64,000 bases of DNA from Tubulanus polymorphus (GCF_964204645.1 NC_134036.1:7788812-7852811), one strand, 5' to 3'. Shown: positions 37,200 to 51,686, counted from the first letter of the stretch. The notes: a model not told the origin generated them from the letters alone. Made by a program: numbers and translations.

Positions 37200-40100
37200 C
37201 CGGATGAACCGCCAAATAATAATAATTCTATACAAGATAAAGTTAAAGATGGTCTAATGAAATATGCAAAATATCTATGAAAATTATCTAAAAAATCTGC
37301 TGCACCATGACCAGGTATTAAATAATTATTTCATATTCAACACGTTCAAGATTGATTATTGAAAATTTAGATCAAGGACTAGAAAAAAAAGAATTCTATT
37401 ATGATGATTTAATTGATAATTTTAAACCAATATAGACAAAATGTGGATTTAATGTAACTAATAAAATGTGGAGTATTTGGCACCAGATTTGAAATATTTA
37501 GATGGTGATTATTATTGGCGTTTCAAAGATGACTGTGATTTTAAGATATCTTCTTATAAATGTCGTGATAAAATAGTAACAAAATCAACTTTGGCTAAAT
37601 TAGGACAATCTAGAATTAAAAGAGTAAGTAATAAGAATGATATAACTGATGTTACAGAACAAGAAATAACTCTAAATAGAAGAGAATTTAATCAAAGAAA
37701 TGATTATATTTCGAAGATGATTCATGAAAATTTAGAACCAGAAACAATCCCTAAAGAAGTTATTAATTCAAAAACCAGTAAACCTAGATCATCGGGATTT
37801 CAAACTGAAAAACTTTTACCGGAAGGAGTAATTGGTTTGACAGATCAATAAATAGAAGCTTTAACTATGTTTCATGAACAATTCCTCTGAGAAATTATTA
37901 GTATAAGAAATGAAGCTGAGAAAATTGTACATGAAAAAATTACGACTTTTGAAGATTAATCATCTAAATCAAATAAAGAATAAGAACAATTAAGATCGGA
38001 TTTAGATCGTCAAGTAATTGAAGAAATGTAATATAGACAAAATGAATTACGTTTAGAATAAGAAATTGATAATTTAAAAGAAAATTCAAAAGTACAGAAA
38101 AAGAAAAAAAAAATGATTAATTCAAATCAGGTGCTAATAGAATTTAAAGATTAAAAGATATTTTTAAATAATTATTAATAAATAAAACCAATTTTTGAAT
38201 TATCATTAAAAGATAGAATAAAATCATTATTTGAATTAAAAGGTATAACAAGATGGTCTAAAGAAATTAGCAAAATATTTATGGGAATTATCTAAAAAAT
38301 CTGCTGCAGCATTACCTGGAATTATGACATTAATTGATCGTTTTATTTTTAAAGTCTGTTGGAAATATTATTAGTTTTACTGCTTAACATATAATTGTAT
38401 TTTTAATTGCAGTTGTTAGTGCTATTATTTTCGGATTTTTAAATATGATAAAAAGTAGATAAGTAAGCTTTTTTATTAATAACTGGTGAATGTTAATTAT
38501 ATAGATCCTTCAAATAATTCGAGAATATCTAATGCAAATCAAGCAGAACGTAATCATCATATAATTTCTCAATCCTTCAAGTAAAATATTAATCCAAATG
38601 AAACTTTATATGTTAGAATTCCTAGATTAAATCAAAATACTTCTTATGCTTATCAAGCAGTATGTATTTATCAGCTGATATAGAATTAACTGGTAATAAT
38701 AATAATTATGTTGTAGATAATGTTGTTAGATACTTGATACAAAATTTAGGATGAAAATTGAACCGGAAACTGTTTTTACATTAGATGATTATAATTTATT
38801 TGCATATTATAAAGATTTATGGTTAACAAAAGAAAATTGAAAAAATATGATATTTCTAGGAATTCAAACAGAAAAATGAAAATAAATTAAGATCAAAAGC
38901 AAATAATGCAATAGTAACTAATGCTGCAGATAATTTAATAAAAAACATTTATGGAAGTAAATATGAAATTCCATTAGATTTTGAATAATAAATAATAATG
39001 CACTTTTATATAAATATGCAATTCAAGAAGATATAACATTTGAAATAACTTTTGCTCCTGTAAATGAAATAGTATTATCTAGTGTAATTAAAGATATGGG
39101 TTATAAATAATCGAATATATGTTAAGAATATGACACAGTAAAACTGTAACTATTAATGCAAGTGATGAAATAATAAATGAAAATGACTTTCCTATAAGAT
39201 CTATTAAAGGTATTTTATTATTTATCACCTAAGTATATGCTAATGGCACAATAGATGTTAATAATCATTATAATCCCGAAATATTAAAAGTAGAATCAAA
39301 TTGATTATTATACTGGTAATAAATTTGCATTATGGGTAGATTTTGGAACAACTGCAGATAACTTGTTACATGGTTCTGGGAAAAAATTACAAAATACAAA
39401 AGATTGAATACAATTAAACATGATAAAGAAAAAAGGAATCGATGATTATAAAATGCATATTTATATTTATTCTGATGCGCAATTAAATATATCAAATTCA
39501 CAATTAGATATTATTCAATATTAATAATATAGAAATAATATTTGTGATATATAAATGGAGAATAAAATATATCGCAATCCTAAAGAACAACATCTAAGAA
39601 ATTTGTATTATAATCCTGAGAGTTCAGTCTAGGCTGAGAGTTCAGCCTATTCTTCTGTAAAACATATATGACGCCAAGTAAAACAAGATAAATTAAATAA
39701 GCTAATCCCACAAAATTTTGTAAAATATAAAGATATGAATGAATTTACGTTAGAACAACGTAATGAAAAATGAAAACCCTTTAAAGCAATGAAAAATCTT
39801 TAAAAAGATAATATTGGTTGATATTGAATATAATTGATTTTTTAGTCGTTATGTATGGAGTTTCCGACTATCCAGAAAAGATGCTGTACAAACATCAAAA
39901 GGTTCCAGAAAATTTCTTTCAGGTCCTGCGAATCCAGAATAAAATAGAATTTGATGATGGAAAAGAATTTGATAATTCATTTGTTCATGGACTCTTAGAT
40001 TTTTTAACAACATTGGATAAGAAAGCAGCTGAAGCAGAGAACAAGAATGTGGAAATATTTTACAGCAAATAATACTTTTAAATGGATTTATATTTAACCA

Positions 40101-40815
40101 AAATTAATAGAAGGATATAATAATTCTTATCATTCGTCTATTGGAATGAAACCTATTGATGTTAGAAAATATGAAAATGCTGAAATTGTTTGCCATAATT
40201 TATATGGAGCATTTCTTGTAGATGATTTTGGTGAACCTATCTATATAAAGTTGGTCAGTAAGTAATAACAACAAAACCATATGTCAATGAATTAGTAGAT
40301 TTTGAAGGTGAAGAAGTTGATTGGTAGTTTATGAAGACGAATTAATTCTAACTACTGAAAAACTAGAACAAGAATATAAAATTGAAAAAAAAAATTAAAA
40401 ACAAAAACTGCTAAAGAAAAAAATATTCTTTAGTAAAATGAGTTGGATGGCTAGATAAATTTAATGAATTGATATCATTAAGTGAAATTAAAAATATGTA
40501 AATCAATGAGGAATTATTTATATTTCAACATCATAATATGTTAATTTCTCGTGTAACAAAATGTGGAAAAACTTATTTTTATATTGAATTCATTAGAAAC
40601 TGTTTATAAAAACTATTTTGATATATTAGTATTATTTTGTCTAAGATATGAATTCAATAAAACTTATAATAGGAACATTACTAGAAATACTAAAATTATT
40701 GTATTAGATCCTAGATTGTATTAGATAACAGTTAAAGAAAAATTAAGATAATTGTATTAAAATAGCAATTGATACATTGATACATCTAATACATTATTTA
40801 ATATAGATAATTGTG
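37200..40815 (+). mobile_element. Decayed Polinton fragment C (coiled-coil gene, MCP ~38487-39520, integrase ~39555-40502, ATPase 5')
   Basis: Colinear with fragment A, shares its lesions (e.g. aaaattga stop in MCP) and the downstream gtaagcgggcattc sequence. Confidence 0.9.
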
Positions 40816-43800
40816 ACGTAAGCGGGCATTCGAAAATGAACCAAGAACCGATGACAGAGTTTCTGCCAAATATTAAGAGAGTCAATAAGATGGTGAATCG
40901 CAATACGATATGATCGGTCGTGGCGGAATATCCTTTCTATAATGTTTGAAAGTTCCCAAATAGGATGGTTTCCAAAACAGGTAAGCCTGCTTATCTGAAG
41001 GCAAACATATCGAACCTACCGAAATGATTTCGATATTTCATTCCCCTTTCTATCTTTATGATGCGGAAAGAGTTTACAACCGACATAAGAAGCCAATGAG
41101 TTTAATTTTAATTGTCGAATTGCGTTAAGACTAATCAAAGCAATAGTATTTCGACCTATTGCCTAAATCTTTGAAATATGGTCCAGTTGTTATCAGACTC
41201 GGGGAAGTTGATATCAAACTCTTTTTGTAGCCAACTTTCCTTTTCAAAATTTAAAAATCCCCGGCTACGGGTTCGTCATGATAGTATTGAGACCGAGGGC
41301 ACATCCAGATACGGGCTATACCAGTCATCGCTTACATTGAAATTGTTGACGCCGGTACTAAACTATTTGAAATGAAAATTTATGGCGACGTGTGACTTTC
41401 AAAAACATTGTCACTGTAAAGTTCGGTATGCTTAGGTAACATTTCAAAATTGCTATAGCAAATACAGGTTCACTAATGAGCAAAATAGTATCAGATGGTT
41501 AGATTTTATTTTCATCCCACTTAAATCGAAATTTAATAGAGTAGGATATATAAAGAGTTCAAATAATGTAAGAACCTAATCAAATTGAAATCGGCGGAAA
41601 CTAACAGTAACATTTTTAGACATTCTAATAAACCCTGATAATCATCAATGTATCCACTATTTACAGATTTTGAACTGCAGCCAAAGATGTCCATTCCAAA
41701 TTGGATGGTTTCCAAAACAGGTAAGCCAGCTTATCTGAAGGCAAACATCGAACCTACCAAAATGATTTCGATATTTCATTCCCATTTATATCCTCATGAT
41801 GCGGAAAGAGCTTACAACCAACATAAGATGCCAATGAGTTTAATCTTAATGGTCGAATCGCGTTTAGACTAATCAAAGCAATAGTATTTCGACCTATTGC
41901 CTAAATCTTTGAAATATGGCCCAGTTGTTATCAGGCTCTGGGAAGTTGATATCAAACTCTTTTTTTGCCAACTTTCCTTTTCAAAATTTCAAAATCCCCG
42001 GCTACGGGTCTGTTATAAAAGTATTGAGACCAAGAGCATATCCAGATACGTGCTATACCAGTCATCGCGTGATATTGAAATGGTTGACAATGGTACTAAA
42101 CTATTTGAAATTAAAATTCATTGCATCGTGTGACTTTCAATAACATTGCCACCGTAAGTCTTGGATGCGTAAGTAACATCTCTTTAATTTTAGTTAGACT
42201 GAAACAATGAGTGAATCTTCTACATTTACAATCTTACACATATCAGACTGCATTCAAAATACTTTACAGCTCCTAGTGATAAACTTAGTGATATCAGTTT
42301 TCGGTTCATTCAAGCTCAACACGTTCTAACCTGCCCCAATTCACATCGGCCCTACAATGCCTACCGACATTTACACTGCCTATTGCAATACACCTATCAA
42401 ACATTGTACTAAGCATACCCTTCCAAGAACTAAACCCATCCCAAACCCAACCACAACCCGACAACCCTACCCCACCCAGAGACCTTACCCTATCACATCC
42501 TGTCCTACCCTATCCTATTACCATACCCCACCTCATCCTCCTACCCGAACCCTACCACCGTCACTTATGTAATGCCCTTACACCAGCCTTTCTATCTCAT
42601 CGCAGACCTACCGAACTACACTACCCTATCCTACCACATACACCACTCACCCCGTGATCAGTTCTACCAAACTCACCATCCAACCCAACCACACCAACGC
42701 ATCCTGCACCATCCAACTCGACCTAACCTTATCACATTGTCCTATTCTACCCTACGTGTGAGCTCCTCTGTACCCTTCCCTATTCCAAACCACTCCTAAT
42801 CCACACTACAATCAGAGAGGTAGAAATGCCACGATGTCGCGGTTTAAATGGATGGGAATGATTCTTATCGCTAATGAAGATGAGAGAATAAAAATTCTTC
42901 CAAATGAGGAGGAATAAATGAAATGACTGTGTACACAATCAGTGTTACATGTACATCAGTCACAACTTAGTTAGACTGAAACAATGAGTGAATCTTCTAC
43001 ATTTACGATCTTACACATATCAGACTGCATTCAAAATACTTTACAGCTCCTAGTGATAAACTCTACTTATCTTTTTTACTAAGCGATTCATTTTTCCTCC
43101 GTTGCTCCTCTGTCGCTCATATTGCTCTTGCAGCTCAAGTTTGTGAATCTATGTACAAGTTTGTGAATCTATGTACCGGCACTGCGCATCAATGAGCTCT
43201 GTAGAATTAACCTTTGCTGGAAGAAATCAAGGTTTTAAAAGACCAAACAAACTAGCCTTTTTTTCGAAGTCGAACGAAGCGCTTTTTTATTTTTTACTGA
43301 AAATGTTTACAAAAAGCGCTGTAATGACTATCGAAATAGAAATTAAGAATTACATGAACCACTGTTTGGGATGTCTGGAGCTCCTGGTGGTATCACGTCG
43401 CCGTGGAAGTTAATCCCGGTACCGAAGAGTTTGCCGATATTTTCTCTAGTTACTAGCTCGGGAAAATGAAGCTCTGAAAAACCTTGACAGTTTCCGGTTC
43501 TGTATTTTCAGCTTAGGGGTGAATCATTATATTTAAACTTACTTGTCTTTAAACTTTTGATACCGTTTCATATTGTGCTGCTGCTGTTGCTGCTCCTATG
43601 TTGATGGATGCTGCTGCTCCTATGTTGACGGTTGCTGCTGCTCCTGTTTTGACGGATGCTGCCTCTCCTATGTTGATGGATGCTGCTGCTGCTGCTATAC
43701 CACTTGTAGATCCTGCTACACACGATGAATACCCCAGCGAAACGATATCAGAAAACTCAATTCATTCTTTCACTTTTATTCATCGTTGAAAGATTCTAAT

Positions 43801-45140
43801 TCATTTTTATATAAAATGAACACTTACTCAACCATTCAGATTAAATAAAGATCCCATGTTTTAATGTTGACTATTCAATCGATTTTGTTTCCAGTGTGCT
43901 ATCAATCTAAAACAGATTGAGAAAACAGAAGGAAATTATTCTAAAAAAGAAATCTTCACACTTAGGAGAAACTAACAACAATGAATATGTTGAATACTCA
44001 CCGTTATATTCTAAAAATTTTCGAAAATCTGATTCTGACTTGTCGAGATATCTAACACTAGGGCGTTTTGGGTATCTACAAACGAAAACTAAAGATTTAA
44101 GGTTTCCGAACGAAAATGTCAACTATAAGAATGAAATAAATTGAACTTGAGAAATTAAACTAGGACTGAATAAAAGATTTGAATACAAAACTAATTCAGT
44201 TTTTGAAGAATGGTACTATACACCTACAACAAAATCGAACTACAAAATCTTTGAAATGAAAGATAGTTCACGAATCCACTGATTTAAATACATTTCATGA
44301 TCGTTAATCTTAATTATAATCTAAAGCTTACCAGATATGTTGGGATTTTCTGACTTGGCTTTGGTGGGTAATCATATCTCAATACCGGCTCTTTCTTCAC
44401 TGGTGTACGTGCGCTATACGTGGTGGCTGGTTCTCGAATGAAGCTCTAACCAAGCGTTACCATAATACGATTTGGGCGGCGACTATTGTGTGGAAATTCG
44501 ATCATACCGTAACCCAAAATTGGCACAATGAAGTAGGTGTACTAAAATATTCTAACTCTACTACTAAACTGTCTGCTTCATTTTTTTATGGTGCATGCGG
44601 GTTTAATACACCAACTTCAGCGGGTTTAGAACGCGGCTACAAGACCGAAACAAGAGGCAGGAATATCCACATCACTCCTGTTTTAACTAATAGATACATG
44701 TATTCTAAAATAAAACGACGTAATTAGTTACTATATGCACCGGCACGAAAATTGACGGCCATCGGATCAATGTCTCCTTAATGGCAAATGTTATCGTACA
44801 AAAATTTGATATATTCAAATCATTTGTTTTGCTAAGTATTTTTAGTAAAGTCGATTCGTTTTATTAATTGGGGACATTTGACAAGGAGGACTGAGTATGA
44901 ATAAAATAAAATGTTGAAAAGTAGGAAAATATTAACATAAAAACTGAAGTCATCCTCAATCCTCCTTGTGAAACATACCCCAGTAACAAACGACCCAGCC
45001 ATTTTGAAAATACTTGATAACACAAAACATGGCCGAAGCCGAGAGATCAAAACAGAAGAAAGAAAATGATAAAAATTCGCCAAAAATATTCACATAAAAA
45101 CTGAACTCATCCTCAATCCTCCTTGTAAACACCCCCGGTA
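40815..45140 (+). repeat. Rearranged direct duplicate of ~12070-19300 (PLE bits, C-rich tract, 24-bp minisatellite 43577-43695, satellite)
   Basis: Same order of recognisable segments and ORF remnants. Confidence 0.8.
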
Positions 45141-46719
45141 TGTGCTATTTTCAGTTAAACAATAAATATTATTTTTCACCGAAACAGGTAAATTAAATCA
45201 ATTTGGGCTTTGGTTTATTCTAGACTTGTCAAAGTGTTGAGACCAAATTACTGTTTCTAAGACTCGTAGTTCATAGTTTTCCCCACATACATAACACCAG
45301 ATCTCGATCCAGCTCCAGACACTATATTATGCATCTTTCCACGGACAAATTCATAAAACCATCACATGAATATACTGATAGATATACATTCTGCCAAGTA
45401 CAGTGCCTCCATCTTTATAAATGTATCGATATATTATTTGTAAAAAACCTATACACCAACGATAAGGTTTAATTGACATACTTTTACAAGTAAAACCAGC
45501 CTACTTGTTTATAGGGCCCTTCAGAAAATTTCACATATTACATAAAATATTGAATTAACCTTGCTTTTACATACTTAAAAAATCGTTTAAATAATAACTG
45601 ACTAATATACATCTTAATTATCAGCCAAAAGATATTCATAAGTGACTTCACTCATTGATTTCGTCAAATATTGTGAATATTAAAGCAATCGTGTTTGGTC
45701 TTTCGGTATCATACATTGTAATTTACATGTACATCAACGTAACTTAAGATTGATGTGTTCAGTGGCGGCTAGGACCTTCTTAGTGACAGTCGAAACTGCA
45801 GCTTTCCCTCGTCCTCTATCTTCTTCAACACTGTACTGACAATATTCGTAGGCCTACTGTCGTCCAATGCCTCCTATGTGTGATGTCCTGTAAAAATCAA
45901 ATTTACCTATAGAGTTGCGATGCATATCTTTGAAAAAAATCATTTCAGGATGATACGTACTATTTCGGATTTTGGATACTTCTCGACTGGTATGTAGCTT
46001 TAACCAGGCGCTTAATCGCTAATGTGCGCTTTATTCGTCCTTATATTCAGTGGCTGCTATGTGGGCTGGCCTGTAGAATACAAAACTATCTATAGAAATA
46101 CAATCTACTCAATTGGATTTGAAAAAAATAATTAGATTAAAAAAACATACCTTTTCTTTCAACATCTCCCTCTTTGTAGTTAGTATGTCGATTCATTCAA
46201 GTGTTGAATCGATGCCGTGTGTTTGGCTAGATTCGTCATCAGTGCCAATACTCGTACTGCTGCCAATGCATCTGATGTGTGATGGCCTGCAAAAATCAAT
46301 ATCATCAATAGATTTACAATTTATAAATGCAAGTCTTTGAAAATAATCATTTCAGGATAATACCTACCACTTCGGAATTCATGACTGATATGGGGCTTAC
46401 CAGGCACTTTATCGCTGCTGTGTTTTTCATTCGCACTGTTGTTCAGTGGCTGCTATGTGGGTTGGCCTGTAGAATACAAAACTATCTATAGAAATGCTAT
46501 CTACTTAATAGGATTTGAAAAACTAATTGGATTTAGAAACACGTACTTTTCGTTGCATCCCTAATTTTAGCAAGTATGTTGATTCATTCAGGTGCTGAAT
46601 CGATGCCGTTTGCTAGGATAATACGTACTTCTTCGGAATTGGGATACTTCATGGCTGATATGGAGCTCGAACACTCGAATTTATTTTCCGACTTTTCAAC
46701 CTTTGACTTGAAACAACTT

Positions 46720-46875
46720 ATCCCCTATTACTCTATCCAATCACAAGTCTCATTATTTACAAGTCTAACACGCTGGGTATTCCCCATTACTCTAGCCAAT
46801 CACAGGCCTCATAATTTACAAGTCTCAACACGCAGCTGGGGATTCCCCACTGTTGCGTAGTATAAATGGGCGGGT
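46720..46875 (+). promoter_or_regulatory. Putative polB promoter: ~60-bp tandem repeat with CCAAT boxes, two kB-like sites, TATA and GC box
   Basis: CCAAT 46737 and 46796; GGGTATTCCCC 46775-85; GGGGATTCCCC 46838-48; TATAAAT 46861; GGGCGGG 46868; ATG 46957. Confidence 0.55.
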
Positions 46876-46956
46876 GTTTGTGGGGTACTCATACGTGGCG
46901 GGACGCGTTGAGAGGTAAGTGTTATGTTCAATTTTAATAAAAAATTTGATGTTATA

Positions 46957-49793
46957 ATGGAAGCAAACAAGAAGTACTACTGTCCAACATGTAAAATAAG
47001 TATAGATAAATCTCAAAAAGCAAGACATAATAAAACTAAATCTCACTTAGAAAATAGATTAAACTTAGAATATAGAGATGATATATTAGAAAATTAATTA
47101 GAGGAATTGAAGAATGTAAAAGAAACATACAAACGTGATACATGTAATCAATCATTCAGTGAAAAAAAATATTATGAACAACGTTTAAAATCTAAAAGTC
47201 ATATTACAAATATCAATAATGATATTTCAGGTAAAGAATATTTTGATAAAGATAATGATAAGAAGCAGAAGACAATTAAAAGAATAAAAAATAAATTAAA
47301 CAATAAAAGACCATACATATATATTAATTCATTAGATAATAAAAAAGAAATAGAAATAACCGAGGCATTCAAAAGTGATATTGGACCAGCATTGAGTTTG
47401 AATTTCATAAAAGATAGGAAAGAAATATATTATAAAAGAAAGAAATCAAATTCTGAAAATGATATAATTGATTATTCAGATCCTCAAATAACAAATACAA
47501 TTAAAAAGATTCATCAAAGTGCTGCAGCTTTTGGATTATATATAAAATCTGATTATCCATAACTAATTGAAAGTGAATATTATCATTATAGAAATGAAAA
47601 TGATACAAATAAAGAAATAATTATGACAGAAGAAGATAAAGAAAAATTTGTGTTTGCAGATAAATGTTATTATTGTGAAAAGATATTTGATTTTAAAGAT
47701 AAAAAAGTTAGGGATCATGATCATTTGAATGGAAAGTTTAGAGGCGCAGCGTATGAGAATTGTAACTTACAAGCTATGAAAATCAATTTTGTTCCAGTAA
47801 TATTTCATAATTTATCAGGATATGATGCACATTTATTTATAAGACAGTTGTGTCATAAAATAAAAGAAATCAATAATGAAATAGAAAGATTAAATTCAAA
47901 TAGATCAAAAGATAAAATAACAACTTATAAATTTAGAATGTTAGCTAAAACATCTGAGAATTATATATCTTTCCAATTTGGGTGTCTAAGATTTATAGAC
48001 TCATATAGATTTTTAAGTACTTCATTAGATAATTCATCAAAATCATTAGTTGATGATGAATTAAAAATATTAAAGCAACACTATCCAAACAATGATCATT
48101 TTTAATTAATGAGATATAAAGGCTCAATTCCATATTGATTTATAAATCGCATAAGGATTTTAATATAACTGAATTATTAAAAGAACAATTCTATGATGAA
48201 TTAAAAAATGAATATGTGAAAGATGAAGTCTATAATAGAACATTGAATATTTGGAATCATTTTGGAATGGAAAATCATGGACAATTAGTAGATTTTTATT
48301 TAAAATCAGATGTATTATTATTAACTGATATATTTGAAAGGTTTAGAGATGTAAATCAAAAATATTTTAATATTGACCCATGTCATTGTCATTCTAGTCA
48401 AGGTTTAACTTGGGATCGTGGTTTAAGATTTACGGATATAAAAATGGATTTGTTAACAAATTTAGACCAATTATTGTTATTCAAAAAATCTATAAGATGA
48501 GGTGTTTCAGGTGTATTAGGTGATATATATTTCAATGTAAATGATAACCCTGGATATAATCTATTGTATATATAGATGCAAATAATCTATATGGTTGGGC
48601 AATGATGGAACTTCAGCGTTATGGAGTATTTGAAATAACTGAAATTTTACGGTATGAAAATAATGATAAATTTGATTGGAAGAAAATAATTCTAGATATT
48701 TCGGATGATTCAATGACTGGTTACTTTTTTGTTGTAGATTTCGAATATCCTGAAAACATTAAATTTAAATCTATAAATCTAGCATACTGCCCCGAACATA
48801 AAACTGTAACGCATGAAGAATTATCAAATTATCAAAACAGAATTAAACCCGATAATCATATTCATACAGAAAAGTTAATGGTAACTCAGGAAGATAAATG
48901 TAATTATGTAGTGCATTATAGAATGTTAAAATTCTATTTGAATCAAGGAATGATCCTAAAAAAGTACATAGATATATTTCATTCAGTCAATCTAAATGGT
49001 TAGAGAAATATATAGATTTTAACACCAAACAGAGAACTAAAGCTAAAACTGATTTTGAGAATGATTTCTTCAAGTTAATGAATAATGCATTCTATGGAAA
49101 AACTTGTGAAAACATCAGAAATAGAAATGATATTGAGTTAGTCAGTAATGGCAAAAGAATTAGACATTTACAAACATATCCTAAGTTCATCGGTAACAGA
49201 ATATTTGATGAAAATTTAGCTGCAGTTGAAAGGAGAACTTCTATGAAATTTAATAAACCAATTCATGTTGGAGCAACAGTTTTAGAAATATCAAAGTTAT
49301 TAATGTATGAATTTTACTATAACGTATTACAACCTCATTTTGGAGAAAAGCATATAGAAATCTTATATTTTGACACTGACAGTTACATATTAAAGATAAA
49401 AACTAATAACATAACAGATGATTTAAAAACATTAAAACATCATTTTGATTTTAGTAATTATCCTAAAGATCATGAATTGTTTAACAATGATAATAAAAAG
49501 GTGCCCGGTAAATTCAAAGATGAATTAGGAGGTGAAGAAATATAAAACTAAAACTCATGAATCAAAGAAATTGAAAGGAATAACCAAAAGCGTTGTTGAA
49601 AGAAAATATTCATTTCGAAGATTACATCAATTGTATATTCAATGAAGAAGTTGGAAAACATAAGATGAAATGTTTAGGATCCGAAGATCATGAAATGTTT
49701 ATTGAAGAGATAGAGAAGATAAGTTTAAACCCATTCGATGATAAAAGATATATTTTAGATGATGGTATACACACAGTTATGGTTGTAATATAG
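46957..49793 (+). pseudogene. polB: Protein-primed PolB, intein-less allele, with N-terminal zinc fingers; multiple stops and frameshifts
   Basis: YYCPTC..H.....H; CYYC..VRDHDHLNGKFRGAA; FHNLSGYDAH; DANNLYGWAM; MNNAFYGK; YFDTDS at 49366-49383; DDKR. Confidence 0.93.
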
Positions 49794-49889
49794 AAGAATG
49801 CTTAAAATTAATAAGAGAAGAAAGAAAAGAGAATTAGATTATGAAAAGGATTCCAGCACGTTAATCAATTAAAAATAAATATATTATAA

Positions 49890-50665
49890 ATGGAGAGTAA
49901 ACAGTCACAAACTAACAATATTCACCATAAAAAATGTTCAAAATGTGAATTGAATAAGCCATTTACAGAATATTACACAAAAAAAACTAAGAAAGATGGT
50001 TTAAGAAACAATCGTAAAAGATGTTGGAAACAGAAGAATAAACTGTATAATAAACAATGTTATATAGATAATATTGAAAAATATAAAGATAGAAGTAAAC
50101 AATATTATCTAAATAATCTAGAAAAATGTAAAGAAACGAAAAAACAATGGAGAGAAAATAATCCAGAATATATTAGAGATTGGAAAAAAGAAAATCGTGA
50201 ACATTATGATGATTACAGTTATAATTATCAAAAAGAAAGGCGTCAAACAGATCTTAATTTTAAAATGAAACAATGTTTGAGAAATAGATCATCAAAATTA
50301 TTCAGTAAAGAAACGCATTTAGAAACGCTAAAAAAATTCCTTGGATTGTTCAGATGAATTTCTCAAATCATGGATTATATATCAGTTCGATGATGAAATG
50401 AATAAAGATAATTATGGAAATTATTTTCATATTGATCACGTGTTACCAATATCTAAATTTAACACGAGTGATGAATACAATAAAAAAACTAATTTGGAAT
50501 TGGAATAATCTAAGACCCATTGAAAAGAAAGAAAATAAAATTAAGTCTTACAAACTTGATATGAAATTATATTTTGATCAATTAGATAAAGCAAAGAAAT
50601 TCATCGAATTATGGAATAGTGATCCAAATAATGAACAATATGTTGAATCTTTATTGAGTGGTTAA
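49890..50665 (+). pseudogene. Zn-finger / helical repeat / HNH-type endonuclease, frameshifted
   Basis: CSKC...DGLRN; shifted frame FHIDHVLPISKF then WNWNNLRPIEKKEN. Confidence 0.65.
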
Positions 50666-50781
50666 AGATTAATATATCTCAAATCTTCAACTAGCTAGTA
50701 TTTAAAATTCTTTTACTTCAAATGGCTAGTATCATTTGAAGAATAAGTATATTATTTTTTCCGCTTTTTTTGCTAAAATAA

Positions 50782-51680
50782 ATGTCAAAGAAATCTAATA
50801 AGAATAACATTAATATTGAAAAGACAATTGAGGATTTAGGTATTACAGATACTAAAGATACAGTTGTTTCTAATTGTGCTCAAAATAAAAATAATATTGA
50901 TTTCGAATTCTACTTATATTGTAAGCACCATCTTGAGTTATAATTGCTGGTGGAAAATCTAAGGATTTCTTGGGTAAAATTATAACTTATCAAGAATTAG
51001 ATGCCATGAAACCAGACAAAGTAATCAAACATTTAAAAATATATGAAGAAGCTAGATTAGCTAGAATAAATGACTCTATTAGTGATGGAATAGTTAAATG
51101 TTAATACCAATTGATGATGAAAATAAATTATATAAAGATTTTAAAAAAATTACTACTTAGTTATGACAGAACTGCAAAAATAGGTTGGGTACGCTTCATT
51201 TCAATTAGGTGGAATAATGACATTAATTTCTACTGGCGTGATAACATTTTCTCATATCAAACCTATAGTATGTAAATCAGATAATAATATCGAAACAGTA
51301 CAAAAATTAACTAAAAGAAATGAGTGATGATGTTAAGAAGAAGCCTGAAAAACAAATTAAATGGGCTAGGGAATTAGGTAAAGATCTTCAGAATTAAAAA
51401 AGCTAAGAAAAAGAAATTAACTGATTTAAACGAATCACAGAAATTATCTGATATTGATTCGAATGATAATCCATTTAATTCTTCTAATACTGGAAGAAAT
51501 AATTACTTATATATTACAATTGGGTTAATTGCAGTTATTATATTCTCCGGCGTAATATATAAATATAAGTATAAATCTGATGATAACAATAATGATTCCG
51601 ATGATAAACATGTTATACCTGAAAATAAGTCAAATGATAAAGTCATTGAAAATAAACCAAGATTATTATTAATGGATTAA
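50782..51680 (+). pseudogene. Homologs of the 34130 and 34668 ORFs
   Basis: IEKTIEDLGITD, YCKHHLE, SFQLGG; then KQIKWARELG. Confidence 0.75.
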
Positions 51681-51686
51681 AATAAG

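Noticed and set aside
40845-40885. Penelope-type hammerhead ribozyme (ccgatga-cagagtttctg-ccaaa; also ~12100, ~14163)
   Set aside because: Core CUGAUGA and GAAA are both mismatched in the copies inspected; stems I and III not supported.
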